Source of the DNA: an archaeon
GTDB taxonomy: Archaea > Iainarchaeota > Iainarchaeia > Iainarchaeales > JAAZKV01
DNA: 64,000 nucleotides
Direction: 5' to 3'
Assembly: GCA_041661245.1 (NCBI GenBank)
Contig: JBAZUY010000001.1
Span: 678,876-742,875, forward strand
Shown here: positions 35,909 to 44,597 of the stretch, one piece after another
Position numbering within the stretch: position 1 is the stretch's first letter
Layout of the letters: every line of letters starts with the position of its first letter
Position numbers and translations under genes: made by a program
Notes under the pieces: generated by a model
What the model was told of the DNA's origin: nothing
Databases searched by the model: none
What the model saw: the letters and a program-made list of their open reading frames with translations, nothing else

Positions 35909-36906
35909 AACTTAGAACAATGTTAAACGGAGGAATAGGTTTTGCAAAAGCAAAACTATTTGGAAAAAAGATTCCGCTTGTTGTCGGGATGGCATTGACA
36001 AATAAATGCAATCTCAAATGCGAGTATTGTAATATTTCTTCAATTAAGTCAAAAGAAATGACAACAAATCAAGTACTACAAGTTATTGACTTGCTTGCAG
36101 ACTCTGGTTGTATTAGGATTGGATTTACTGGCGGTGAACCTTTATTAAGAAAAGATATTAAGGAAATTATTGAACATTGTAAAGAAATGGGGATTGAATC
36201 AACTCTTACCACAAATGGAGTTCTAATAGAAAATAAACTATCTGATTTGAAAGATTTGTCACTTTTGATTGTAAGTATTGACGGTAATGAAAAAGTCAAC
36301 GATTGCATACGTGGAAAGAATTCATTTAAAATGGCAAAAAATGCAGTTACTCTTGCAAAGAAAAGCGGACTACATGTAGCTTTGTCAACAGTAGTTTCAA
36401 AAGCAAATAAAGACCAATTAAAATATTTATTCGACTTTTCAAAAGAACCTAAATCAAGTATTCATTTTCAATTTGTTAGCGGTATACCTCTAACTGCAAA
36501 TAACATTTCAAAATATCTCTTATCCAATTCTGAAAAGAAAGAAATTGTAAGCAGAATAATTGAAGAGAAAAAGATCAATCCTTTAATTTTAAATTCGAGA
36601 GATGGATTAAACGAAATGGCGACTGCCTTATCTGGTAAAAGAATAAACTCCAGCAATTGTGCTGCAGGAAGGATTTTCTTTAGAGTATCCACAGAAGGCA
36701 AACTGTACTCTTGTTGGAGACAAAAAAACAAATCTTCGCTTGACTTAACAAAACTAATTGGAAAAAGTCCAAAAATGTTTGAAAATGAATTAAATAAACT
36801 TTCTTTGCCAGAGTGTGCCTCTTGCGAAATAGCAGACGGAATAGAATTGTCTCTTGTAAATGCTTTGAATCCAAAGTCCGTATTGAATGTATTTTTAAGA
36901 TATTAA
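35905..36906 (+). CDS. Radical SAM protein with a SPASM/twitch-type C-terminal Cys cluster (paralog 2)
   Basis: CNLKCEYC and GFTGGEPLL. C-terminal CAAGRIFFRVSTEGKLYSC ... CASCEIADG. A GTG start at 35905 overlaps the DegT stop, and VKLRTMLNGG aligns with MKLDKMLSSG of paralog 1. Confidence 0.8.
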   Translation: MKLRTMLNGGIGFAKAKLFGKKIPLVVGMALTNKCNLKCEYCNISSIKSKEMTTNQVLQVIDLLADSGCIRIGFTGGEPLLRKDIKEIIEHCKEMGIESTLTTNGVLIENKLSDLKDLSLLIVSIDGNEKVNDCIRGKNSFKMAKNAVTLAKKSGLHVALSTVVSKANKDQLKYLFDFSKEPKSSIHFQFVSGIPLTANNISKYLLSNSEKKEIVSRIIEEKKINPLILNSRDGLNEMATALSGKRINSSNCAAGRIFFRVSTEGKLYSCWRQKNKSSLDLTKLIGKSPKMFENELNKLSLPECASCEIADGIELSLVNALNPKSVLNVFLRY

Positions 36907-36919
36907 TTGCAACAAATTA

Positions 36920-37750
36920 GTGGTCGAAACAATGGTTAAAATAAAGATTGGAATGGAAAGAGAGATGCCAACAAAAGAAGAAGCGAAACTTTTTGATGGA
37001 GTATCTTTAATCAAAGGCGGAAAGGGAAACCCAACACATAACATTAACCAACCTGAAAGAATAAAGGAAATCTCAACATATTTGGATCAACTTTGCTCTT
37101 CATTCAAAGGAAAAGATGTTTGGTATAGACTAGGAGATTTATTGACTTTTCAAGTAAACGCGCTAATTGGGTGTGAAGAGCAAATAAATGAGCTAAATCC
37201 CTTAATGGGACTTAGAGGAATAAGAAGAGCTCTTACTTTTCCTGCCTCTCTAAAAAAAGAACTTGAAATGATTGTTACCCTAAGAAAGAAACACAAAAAC
37301 TTACACTTGTTGATCCCTTTTGTGCATGCTCCAATTCAAATTATTGAACTAAAAAAACATCTAAAGGAAGCAAATTATTCAGGAAGACTTGGAGTAATGA
37401 TTGAGCTCCCCTCTGCTGCACTAACTGTAACGGATTTCATTAAACTTGGAATTGATTACATTGTTGTAGGCACAAATGACTTGCATGACTTTACTTACGG
37501 CATTTCAAGAAGAGACAATGTAAAAGAAAGAATTCACCAAGACAAGGAATATGTTGCGCTAAGAAAACTTCTAAAACAAATCTTGGCAAAGAAAAACAAA
37601 AAGGTAGAATACGTTGTCAGCGTAGACTTACACCCTGTCCTTTTGGATTATGTTAGCAAAATGAACTATGACTCAATATCAATTCCTTATAATGTTCTAC
37701 AAAAGAATCCAGAACTTAGAGAAAAGTTTGTAAAGCTGAAAAAGAAATAA
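36920..37750 (+). CDS. Stand-alone PEP-utilizing-enzyme C-terminal (TIM-barrel) domain protein
   Basis: NPLMGLRGIRRAL, VMIELPSAAL and VVGTNDLHDFTYG resemble the PEP/pyruvate-binding domain of PEP synthase/PPDK/EI. There is no phosphohistidine or ATP-grasp domain. The start may be ATG 36932. Confidence 0.6.
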   Translation: MVETMVKIKIGMEREMPTKEEAKLFDGVSLIKGGKGNPTHNINQPERIKEISTYLDQLCSSFKGKDVWYRLGDLLTFQVNALIGCEEQINELNPLMGLRGIRRALTFPASLKKELEMIVTLRKKHKNLHLLIPFVHAPIQIIELKKHLKEANYSGRLGVMIELPSAALTVTDFIKLGIDYIVVGTNDLHDFTYGISRRDNVKERIHQDKEYVALRKLLKQILAKKNKKVEYVVSVDLHPVLLDYVSKMNYDSISIPYNVLQKNPELREKFVKLKKK

Positions 37751-37759
37751 CTGGTTTTT

Positions 37760-38845
37760 ATGGATTCAAAGAAAATAAGCAAAACATTTGAGTCAATAAT
37801 AGAAAAAGACCGACTTCTTATAGATGAAGCAAAGAAAAACTTGGCTCGCTTTGATAAAGAAGGTTGTTTTGTAGCAATCTACGGCAGTGGGGCAAGATTA
37901 ACTCCTGCAAAAGAAATTGATTATCAAGTATTTTTTAGTGATGGATACACCTTTAGTGAAGAAGATTATTATTTAGCGGGTCCAGAAAAAGGTTGTTCCA
38001 ATTGTAAGTTAAGAAACATGAGTGAGATAAAAAAGTCTTACAGTATCTCCCTAAAACAAGTCACTAGACTAATTGACTTCAAGTTCCTTTTGGGTGACAA
38101 AAAGAAGTTTGACGAGTTCATTAATGAAATGAAACAAACCATCCTAAAAGACAAATCTGAGCAAATAATACTAGCCTTGATAAATGAACGAGAGTTTTAT
38201 TACTCTAAACAAAATAAGAATGATACTAAAAATGGACCTGGCGGAAAAAGAGACATTGATGCAATATACTTTATTGAAAGCCTGCTCCAAGATAAACGCT
38301 CTGACTTTTCAAACATGCTTCAATCAATGAATAACAAAAAAATCCTCTCGAATTCATCAACTTCAAAAATCCTAGAATTTTATGACCAACTAAATAATCA
38401 AAAAGAACCAAGCAAAAAGCTAAGAAAAGAAATTTCCGCAATTTATTTAAAATACATTAAACAACATACAACTAGGGGAAAGCAAAATAGAGGGGCTATA
38501 CTCCTTTCTTTTACTAAGGGGCTAAATCAGTCCATATCAACAAAGACTAAACCAAAAGAGTTAGTTAGTTTAGCGGAGAAATGTTTGAATTCAGAAATTG
38601 GGTTTGAAGAATGGTGTGTTTTACGAAACATTGCAAGAAACACTAACATTTCAGAAGAATTGGCACTCAAACTTGCGAGAAAGTTCAGACAAGATGTTTC
38701 AATGCGCCACATACGAATTGAACTTGTGCGAAATAAAAGTGTGCCAAACCATATTAAAGAAGAAATATTACTAAATGATCCATGCAAGATTGCAATGCAA
38801 AACGCCCTTGGCTCTCAAGCAAATAAAACTGTGGTGAAAAAATGA
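37760..38845 (+). CDS. GlnD-like nucleotidyltransferase-fold protein
   Basis: VAIYGSGARLTPAKEIDYQVFF (compare G.YGR.EL.P.SDIDL) and KNGPGGKRDIDAIYFIE (compare K.GPGGLRDI). Confidence 0.5.
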   Translation: MDSKKISKTFESIIEKDRLLIDEAKKNLARFDKEGCFVAIYGSGARLTPAKEIDYQVFFSDGYTFSEEDYYLAGPEKGCSNCKLRNMSEIKKSYSISLKQVTRLIDFKFLLGDKKKFDEFINEMKQTILKDKSEQIILALINEREFYYSKQNKNDTKNGPGGKRDIDAIYFIESLLQDKRSDFSNMLQSMNNKKILSNSSTSKILEFYDQLNNQKEPSKKLRKEISAIYLKYIKQHTTRGKQNRGAILLSFTKGLNQSISTKTKPKELVSLAEKCLNSEIGFEEWCVLRNIARNTNISEELALKLARKFRQDVSMRHIRIELVRNKSVPNHIKEEILLNDPCKIAMQNALGSQANKTVVKK

Positions 38846-40344
38846 AAGTTGTTTTCAGTTACGCAGCACATGAAAATTTAGGCGTTGAATACTTATCTGC
38901 TTCGCTTAAACGAGCAGGGCACTCCACAAGTCTAGTTTTTGACCCGCAATTATTTGATGACAAGTTCATTAAAGTCGAGTTTCTTGGAAAGTTATACTCT
39001 GTTGAGAAAGAAATAGTTAAACAGATACTTGAAAAGAAACCAGATTTGCTTGCATTATCTGTTGTTAGCGGAGATTTATCTTGGGCGTATAGAATAGCAA
39101 AAGCAGTAAAAGCACAAACTAATGTGCCAATTTTGTTTGGGGGGATTCATCCTTCGTCAGTACCTGAAAAAGTGCTTGAGAATGATTTTGTTGATTACAT
39201 AATTATTGGAGAAGGAGAAAAAGCAATTGTAGAACTAGCTAATGCTTTGGGATCAAAAAAGAATCTTGCTAAGAAAATTTCAAAAATACATGGGCTTGCA
39301 TACAAAACTGCGGGGAGAGTTGTAAAGAATAAACTTTCTCCCCCAATACAGGACTTAGATAGTTTGCCTTTTCCTGACAAGGAATTATTTTATTCTGCAG
39401 CTCCATTTCTAAAAAGAGAATACACAATAGTGACTCGGAGAGGCTGCTTAAATGCATGTACTTATTGTCACAATAGTATTTGGAAAAGCTTGTATGGAGT
39501 TGAATGTTCGGGGATTAGACTTCGCTCAGTAAAAAACGTAATGAAAGAATTAAGGGAAGCCTATGCAAAGTACAAGTTTAATAGATTAAGAATAAATGAC
39601 GATATTTTTACTAGTCATAAATCTTGGCTAAAGGAATTTGCTGACGCTTACTCAAAAGAGTTCAATGTACCTTTTTGGTGCTATGTTTCTCCAACAACTG
39701 TTGATGATGAAACTGCAGAATTGCTAAAGAAAGCGCATTGTTATCAAGTTAGCCTAGGTGTTCAAAGTATTAACCCAGAACTTAGAAAAAAGATATTGCA
39801 CAGATATGAAACTAATGAACAAATAGCTACGGCAATTTCTGCTTTACGAAAAAACAATATAAGATGCATTACTGATAATATGCTCGGATTACCAGAACAA
39901 GAAGAAGACGAACTCTTGGATTTAGCAAAATTTTATCTAAAAAATAGAGTAGATAGAATTTGCATATATTGGTTAATCTATTTCCCAAAAACTAAAATTG
40001 TTGACATAGCCCAAGTTCATGGCAATATTACCCAAAAACAATTAGATAATATTGAATCAGAACCAATTGAGTCTGCAAATACAATACTTAACGAGTACAA
40101 TAATAAAAAATTCATTAAATATCATCTATTACTTCTGGCAACCACGCTACTTCCAACTAAGATAACAACGTGGATAATTGAGAAGAAGATTTACGAAAAA
40201 TTCCCTGCAATAAACCCTTCAATAATTGAAAACCCAATTACTTTTTTTATGAATGATAGAAAAGAAATAGAAAGAGTACGATTTGTTAAAAGATACTTAT
40301 ATTACGGAATTAGAATTCCTTTTCAAAAATTGCTTAAGTTCTAA
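38842..40344 (+). CDS. B12-binding-domain radical SAM protein (class B-like), paralog 2
   Basis: PDLLALSVVSGDLSWAYRIAKAVKAQTNVPILFGGIHPS, then TRRGCLNACTYC. The ATGA overlaps the upstream gene. Confidence 0.75.
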   Translation: MKVVFSYAAHENLGVEYLSASLKRAGHSTSLVFDPQLFDDKFIKVEFLGKLYSVEKEIVKQILEKKPDLLALSVVSGDLSWAYRIAKAVKAQTNVPILFGGIHPSSVPEKVLENDFVDYIIIGEGEKAIVELANALGSKKNLAKKISKIHGLAYKTAGRVVKNKLSPPIQDLDSLPFPDKELFYSAAPFLKREYTIVTRRGCLNACTYCHNSIWKSLYGVECSGIRLRSVKNVMKELREAYAKYKFNRLRINDDIFTSHKSWLKEFADAYSKEFNVPFWCYVSPTTVDDETAELLKKAHCYQVSLGVQSINPELRKKILHRYETNEQIATAISALRKNNIRCITDNMLGLPEQEEDELLDLAKFYLKNRVDRICIYWLIYFPKTKIVDIAQVHGNITQKQLDNIESEPIESANTILNEYNNKKFIKYHLLLLATTLLPTKITTWIIEKKIYEKFPAINPSIIENPITFFMNDRKEIERVRFVKRYLYYGIRIPFQKLLKF

Positions 40345-40904
40345 GTTCTTGCAAAAAGTTTTTGCTTCAAGTAGTTCAATACTGAAGTGTCTGTTAGTTT
40401 AGCATTTTCTACAAGATGCTTATCTAGCAATGGAACTAGAACTACTATGTATGCACTAACTGTTACAAGGTGCATTATTGTAAAAGGAATTTGACCAAGG
40501 ACTGCATCCGTGAAAGTCATTCCAAACATCCAAGAGGACATTATTGGGCCAGTTATAAAATCAAATATTAGCACTCCTAATATTCCTGCTTTCAAATATT
40601 TTAATAATCCAATCTTTTTGGCGTTAACTTTAAAGTAAAAATTTGAGAAAAAGAAACCAAGTAATGCATAAGTTCCAGCAGTTACAATTGTCCACACTCC
40701 AACTTTTCCTGTGATTATATCAAAAGAAACCATTGTCAAAAGAGGAAATAAAACAGCAATATATTTGTGCTTAGTTTTAGCATAAGGCAACATTATTGCC
40801 ATGATTGGATCATTATTAGGAATAAAATGAAGCAATCGAATAAGGTTTGATAAAATAAGTCCTGCGAAGAACTTTACTATTCCGACATTTGTTTCCTTTG
40901 TCAT
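40341..40904 (-). CDS. Small polytopic membrane protein, DUF6580 / ECF S-component-like putative transporter
   Basis: Five to six TM helices. The N-terminal RLLHFIPNNDPIMAIMLP resembles the R.IPH.PNF.PI.A pattern of that family, from memory. Confidence 0.4.
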   Translation of the reverse strand: MTKETNVGIVKFFAGLILSNLIRLLHFIPNNDPIMAIMLPYAKTKHKYIAVLFPLLTMVSFDIITGKVGVWTIVTAGTYALLGFFFSNFYFKVNAKKIGLLKYLKAGILGVLIFDFITGPIMSSWMFGMTFTDAVLGQIPFTIMHLVTVSAYIVVLVPLLDKHLVENAKLTDTSVLNYLKQKLFART

Positions 40905-40953
40905 ACAATACCTTCTTTTTTATAATTAATAAATATTCTGCGTATGCTTTTTG

Positions 40954-42591
40954 TCAGCATTTATTCTGTTTAAGTATTTTTTCTCTGTAGTTTAGAAGCA
41001 TTCCGTTTGGAAGAGGAGACATTTTTATTTTGAGTTTCTTTCTTCGCTCTTCAAGTTCTTTATTTGAAATTAAAACATCAATTCTTTTTTTAGTTAAATC
41101 AATTTTAATTTTGTCTCCATTTTTTACAAGCGCAATGTTTCCGCCGATTGCGGCTTCGGGATCAACGTGTCCAATGCTTAATCCTTTAGTTGCTCCGGAG
41201 AAACGTCCATCAGTAATTAATGCAACATCCTTGTCAAGTCCAAGTCCTGATATTGAGGAAGTCGGGTAAAGCATTTCAGGCATTCCTGGTGCGCCTGCTT
41301 TACCAACGTAACGAATAATTATTACATTTCCTTTCTTTACTTTTCCACTCTCAATAAATTTTTGGCAACTCTCTTCATCATCAAAACAAACCGCACTTCC
41401 CTCAAATATTTTTTCAGCTTCAGAACTTATCCCTGCAGTTTTAATTACAGCGCCATTCTTTGCTAAATTTCCTCTAAGAATTGCAATTCCTCCAGTTGTT
41501 GAATAAGGAGTTTCTATTGGTTTAATCATTTCGGGATTTTTGTTCTTTGCATCAATTAATCTTTCATATAGCATTCCGTCAATTGTTTTATTATTTTTAA
41601 TTAAATTTTTCTTTTTTAGTTCAGCCAAAACCGCAGGAATTCCTCCGGCGTTATGTAAATCAATCATTCTAAAAGAACTATTTGGAGAAATTTTTACTAA
41701 GTTTGGAGTTTTTTCTGAGAAGGAATTAATTTCTTCTAAGTCAATTTTAATTCCGGCTTCGTTAGCTATATCCGGTAAGTGAAGAACCGTATTTGTGCTT
41801 GCTCCTATTGCAAGATCCATGTGAAGTGCGTTATCAAAAGCAGTTTTATTCAAAATATCTTTTGCTCGAATATTTTTCTTTACAAGTTCAAGTACTTTTG
41901 CACCTGCGTTAAATGCTTGATTTGATTTTTCTTGAGTTATTGCGTGAGTGGTTGCGCACATTTTCTCGCTCATTCCAAGTGTTTCAACAATACAAGCCAT
42001 TGAGTTTGCAGTAAATAATCCTGCACAGCTTCCTGCGCCTGGGCAAGATTTGCAAATAATATTGTCATATTGTTCTTGATTAATTTTATTTCCCTCAAGA
42101 GCGGCTTTTGCTGAAAAAGAATCCTTAACATCCATTACTTTTTCTCCATTTTTCCCAGGCATCATTGGTCCGCCAGTAACAAATACACTTGGTAAATTAC
42201 ATCTAATTGCAGCCATTAAGTGGCCAGGAACTATTTTGTCGCAAGAGCAAATAAAAATTGCTCCGTCAAAAACTCCGTGTCCTTTAATAGTTGCTTCAAT
42301 GGAATCGGCAATTATTTCTCTTGAAGGCAAGGAGTATCTCATTCCTTCGTGCCCCATTGCAATACCATCGCAAATAGCAATAGTGTGGAATTCAAATGGG
42401 ACTCCTCCCGCAGCAATTACTCCTTTCTTTGCTTCTTCTCCAAGCGCACCTAAATGAATGTGCCCGGGAACAATATCCACTTGAGAATTAACAATTGCAA
42501 TAAAAGGTTTTTTCATTTGCTCGGTTTTTAGTCCATCCGCGTAAAGCAAACTCTTTGCTGCTGGCAATTCTTTAATAGTTTTTGAATCCAT
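40954..42591 (-). CDS. ilvD: Dihydroxy-acid dehydratase
   Basis: [31 protein letters not shown] and TDGRFSGAT. Confidence 0.9.
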   Translation of the reverse strand: MDSKTIKELPAAKSLLYADGLKTEQMKKPFIAIVNSQVDIVPGHIHLGALGEEAKKGVIAAGGVPFEFHTIAICDGIAMGHEGMRYSLPSREIIADSIEATIKGHGVFDGAIFICSCDKIVPGHLMAAIRCNLPSVFVTGGPMMPGKNGEKVMDVKDSFSAKAALEGNKINQEQYDNIICKSCPGAGSCAGLFTANSMACIVETLGMSEKMCATTHAITQEKSNQAFNAGAKVLELVKKNIRAKDILNKTAFDNALHMDLAIGASTNTVLHLPDIANEAGIKIDLEEINSFSEKTPNLVKISPNSSFRMIDLHNAGGIPAVLAELKKKNLIKNNKTIDGMLYERLIDAKNKNPEMIKPIETPYSTTGGIAILRGNLAKNGAVIKTAGISSEAEKIFEGSAVCFDDEESCQKFIESGKVKKGNVIIIRYVGKAGAPGMPEMLYPTSSISGLGLDKDVALITDGRFSGATKGLSIGHVDPEAAIGGNIALVKNGDKIKIDLTKKRIDVLISNKELEERRKKLKIKMSPLPNGMLLNYREKILKQNKC

Positions 42592-42654
42592 AAATATGCC
42601 TTTTTAAAAATAAAACTCTGAAGAAATTTAATTTCCCCAGAGCACTAAACTTTT

Positions 42655-43638
42655 TTATTTCTTTTTGAACATTGCTCTAATTTCTTTTCCAATTGTTTCA
42701 ATTGGGTGTTTTCTTTCTTCGTCAATCATTCTTTCCATGTTCTTGAATCCTTTCTTGTATTCGTCAACGAATTCATCAGCGAACTTTCCGCTTTCTACTT
42801 CATCAAGGATTTTGTGCATTTCTTTTTTAGTTGCAGGAGTAATAATTCTTTTTCCTCTTGTTAATCCACCGTAGCACGCAGTGTTACTAACAACATCATA
42901 CATGTGCGGAATTCCTCCTTCATAAACAAGATCAACAATTAATTTCATTTCGTGCAAGCATTCAAAGTAAGCCATTTCAGGAGGGTATCCTCTCTCTGTT
43001 AATGTTTCAAATCCTGCTTTAACTAATTCTGCAAGTCCTCCGCAAAGAACTGCTTCTTCTCCGAACAAGTCTTCATAAGTTTCTTGTGGGAAAGTACATT
43101 CAATTACTCCTGCCCTAGTAAATCCGCAAGCTTTAGCCATTGCAAGTCCATTTTCTTTTGCTTTTCCACTAGGGTTTTGATAAACTGCTAAAAGCCCTGG
43201 TACTCCAAATCCTTCTAAGTATCTTTTTCTTTCTTCAGTTCCTGGAGATTTTGGTGCAACCATTATTACATCAATATCTTTTGTTGGAATTATTTTTTTG
43301 AAAGCAATATTAAATCCGTGAGAGAAAGAGAGTGTTTTTCCTACTTTCATAGAAGGTGCAATTTCTTTTGCATACACTTCTGCTTGAACTTCATCCGGTA
43401 TTAGAATGTGGACAATATCAGCTTTTGCTGCTGCGTCTTTAACTGAAAGTGTTTTTAGTCCGTCTTGTTTTGCAAGTATATCACTCTTACCGCCAATTCT
43501 TACTCCTACTATTACATCAAGTCCAGAGTCATGCATACATTGAGCCTGTGCTCTTCCTTGTGCCCCATAACCTATTACAGCTATAGTTTTTCCTTTTAGT
43601 ACTTCTAGTTTTGCATCCTTGTCTTGATATACCTTCAT
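42655..43638 (-). CDS. ilvC: Ketol-acid reductoisomerase
   Basis: IAVIGYGAQGRAQA, SHGFNI and EDLFGEEAVLCGG. Confidence 0.9.
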   Translation of the reverse strand: MKVYQDKDAKLEVLKGKTIAVIGYGAQGRAQAQCMHDSGLDVIVGVRIGGKSDILAKQDGLKTLSVKDAAAKADIVHILIPDEVQAEVYAKEIAPSMKVGKTLSFSHGFNIAFKKIIPTKDIDVIMVAPKSPGTEERKRYLEGFGVPGLLAVYQNPSGKAKENGLAMAKACGFTRAGVIECTFPQETYEDLFGEEAVLCGGLAELVKAGFETLTERGYPPEMAYFECLHEMKLIVDLVYEGGIPHMYDVVSNTACYGGLTRGKRIITPATKKEMHKILDEVESGKFADEFVDEYKKGFKNMERMIDEERKHPIETIGKEIRAMFKKK

Positions 43639-43689
43639 CTAAAACACACTCCTTAATAAAAATAACTTTCTTCATTTCTGTTTTTGTAC

Positions 43690-43977
43690 TTACAATTTTT
43701 TTGCTCTTGACAAATTGAGTTTTTTTCTTCTTTTGTTTGCAAGTTGTGCTAACATTTTTCTTCTAATATACTCTACGCCCACCATTGGGCCATTTGCACT
43801 CAAGAACATCTTCTCTTTTTTGGCAATCTGAATACTTTTTTTCCCTTCAGCAGAATTTGCTTTGAGATTAACTAATCCCAAGCTAGCCATGGCCTTTGCT
43901 TTGCGGTTTAACCGAAGTAGTTTTGTAGTTGCTTTGGTTCTTTCTCCCCCAAGTAATACTCTTCGTGGCATGTTCAT
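43690..43977 (-). CDS. Small very basic protein (95 aa) inserted between ilvN and ilvC
   Basis: Lys/Arg-rich ORF (RRKMLAQLANKRRKKLNLSRAKKL) preceded by the SD-like GAGG. No motif recognised. Confidence 0.45.
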   Translation of the reverse strand: MNMPRRVLLGGERTKATTKLLRLNRKAKAMASLGLVNLKANSAEGKKSIQIAKKEKMFLSANGPMVGVEYIRRKMLAQLANKRRKKLNLSRAKKL

Positions 43978-43998
43978 TTCCTCGTAACTTTATCCCTT

Positions 43999-44050
43999 AT
44001 TTCGCTATCTTGCAAATTGCTATTTGCATCTAGCGAAATTGTTATTTCGC
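43999..44050 (-). promoter_or_regulatory. Structured RNA element: two mutually exclusive hairpins at the ilvN stop codon
   Basis: Hairpin A spans 43999-44039: a 9-bp stem ATTTCGCTA/TAGCGAAAT enclosing a 7-bp stem TGCAAAT/ATTTGCA with loop TGCT. Hairpin B spans 44033-44050: GCGAAAT-TGTT-ATTTCGC. They share the arm at 44033-44039. The outer arm of hairpin B covers the last ilvN codons and the stop. Confidence 0.5.
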
Positions 44051-44542
44051 AAGCGCATTAATCCCCGTTCTACTTAATTCTTTTATTCCGAAAGGTTTTA
44101 ATGCCTCAACGAACTTGTCAATTTTCTCTGGTTCGCTGACAATTTCAACAATAATGCTCTTATGGTTAGCATCAAGCACTTGGGCTCCATTAAGCTGAGT
44201 GAAGTTAAGGATGTCTTTTCGGTTTTGTTCAGTTGAAGTAACTTTAATTAAACAATGTTCTCGAATGATACTATTTTCAGTCAAATCATTGACTTTGACA
44301 ACTTCGATTATTTTGTAAACTTGTTTCTCTACTTGTTCAAGAGTTTTACTATCCGTGTTCATGCTTACAACAACGTGTGAGATTCCTTCCTGAGCAGTTT
44401 TGCCCGCAATAATTGTGTCAATGTTAAATCCTCTTCTTAGAAATAATCCTGCAAGTCTCTCAATTATTCCTGGTTGATCTTCAGCAAGAAGCCCAAGTAT
44501 TCTTCTTTTTTTCTCGCTATTACTTCCATTTCCGTTAGCCAT
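44042..44542 (-). CDS. ilvN: Acetolactate synthase small (regulatory, ACT-domain) subunit
   Basis: ILGLLAEDQPGIIERLAGLFLRRGFNIDT is an ACT domain. The gene is adjacent to ilvB. Confidence 0.85.
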   Translation of the reverse strand: MANGNGSNSEKKRRILGLLAEDQPGIIERLAGLFLRRGFNIDTIIAGKTAQEGISHVVVSMNTDSKTLEQVEKQVYKIIEVVKVNDLTENSIIREHCLIKVTSTEQNRKDILNFTQLNGAQVLDANHKSIIVEIVSEPEKIDKFVEALKPFGIKELSRTGINALAK

Positions 44543-44597
44543 TTTTATTCACCAAAACTTATTTTTTATTCACTATTTCTTTCTTGCAAACTTACTT

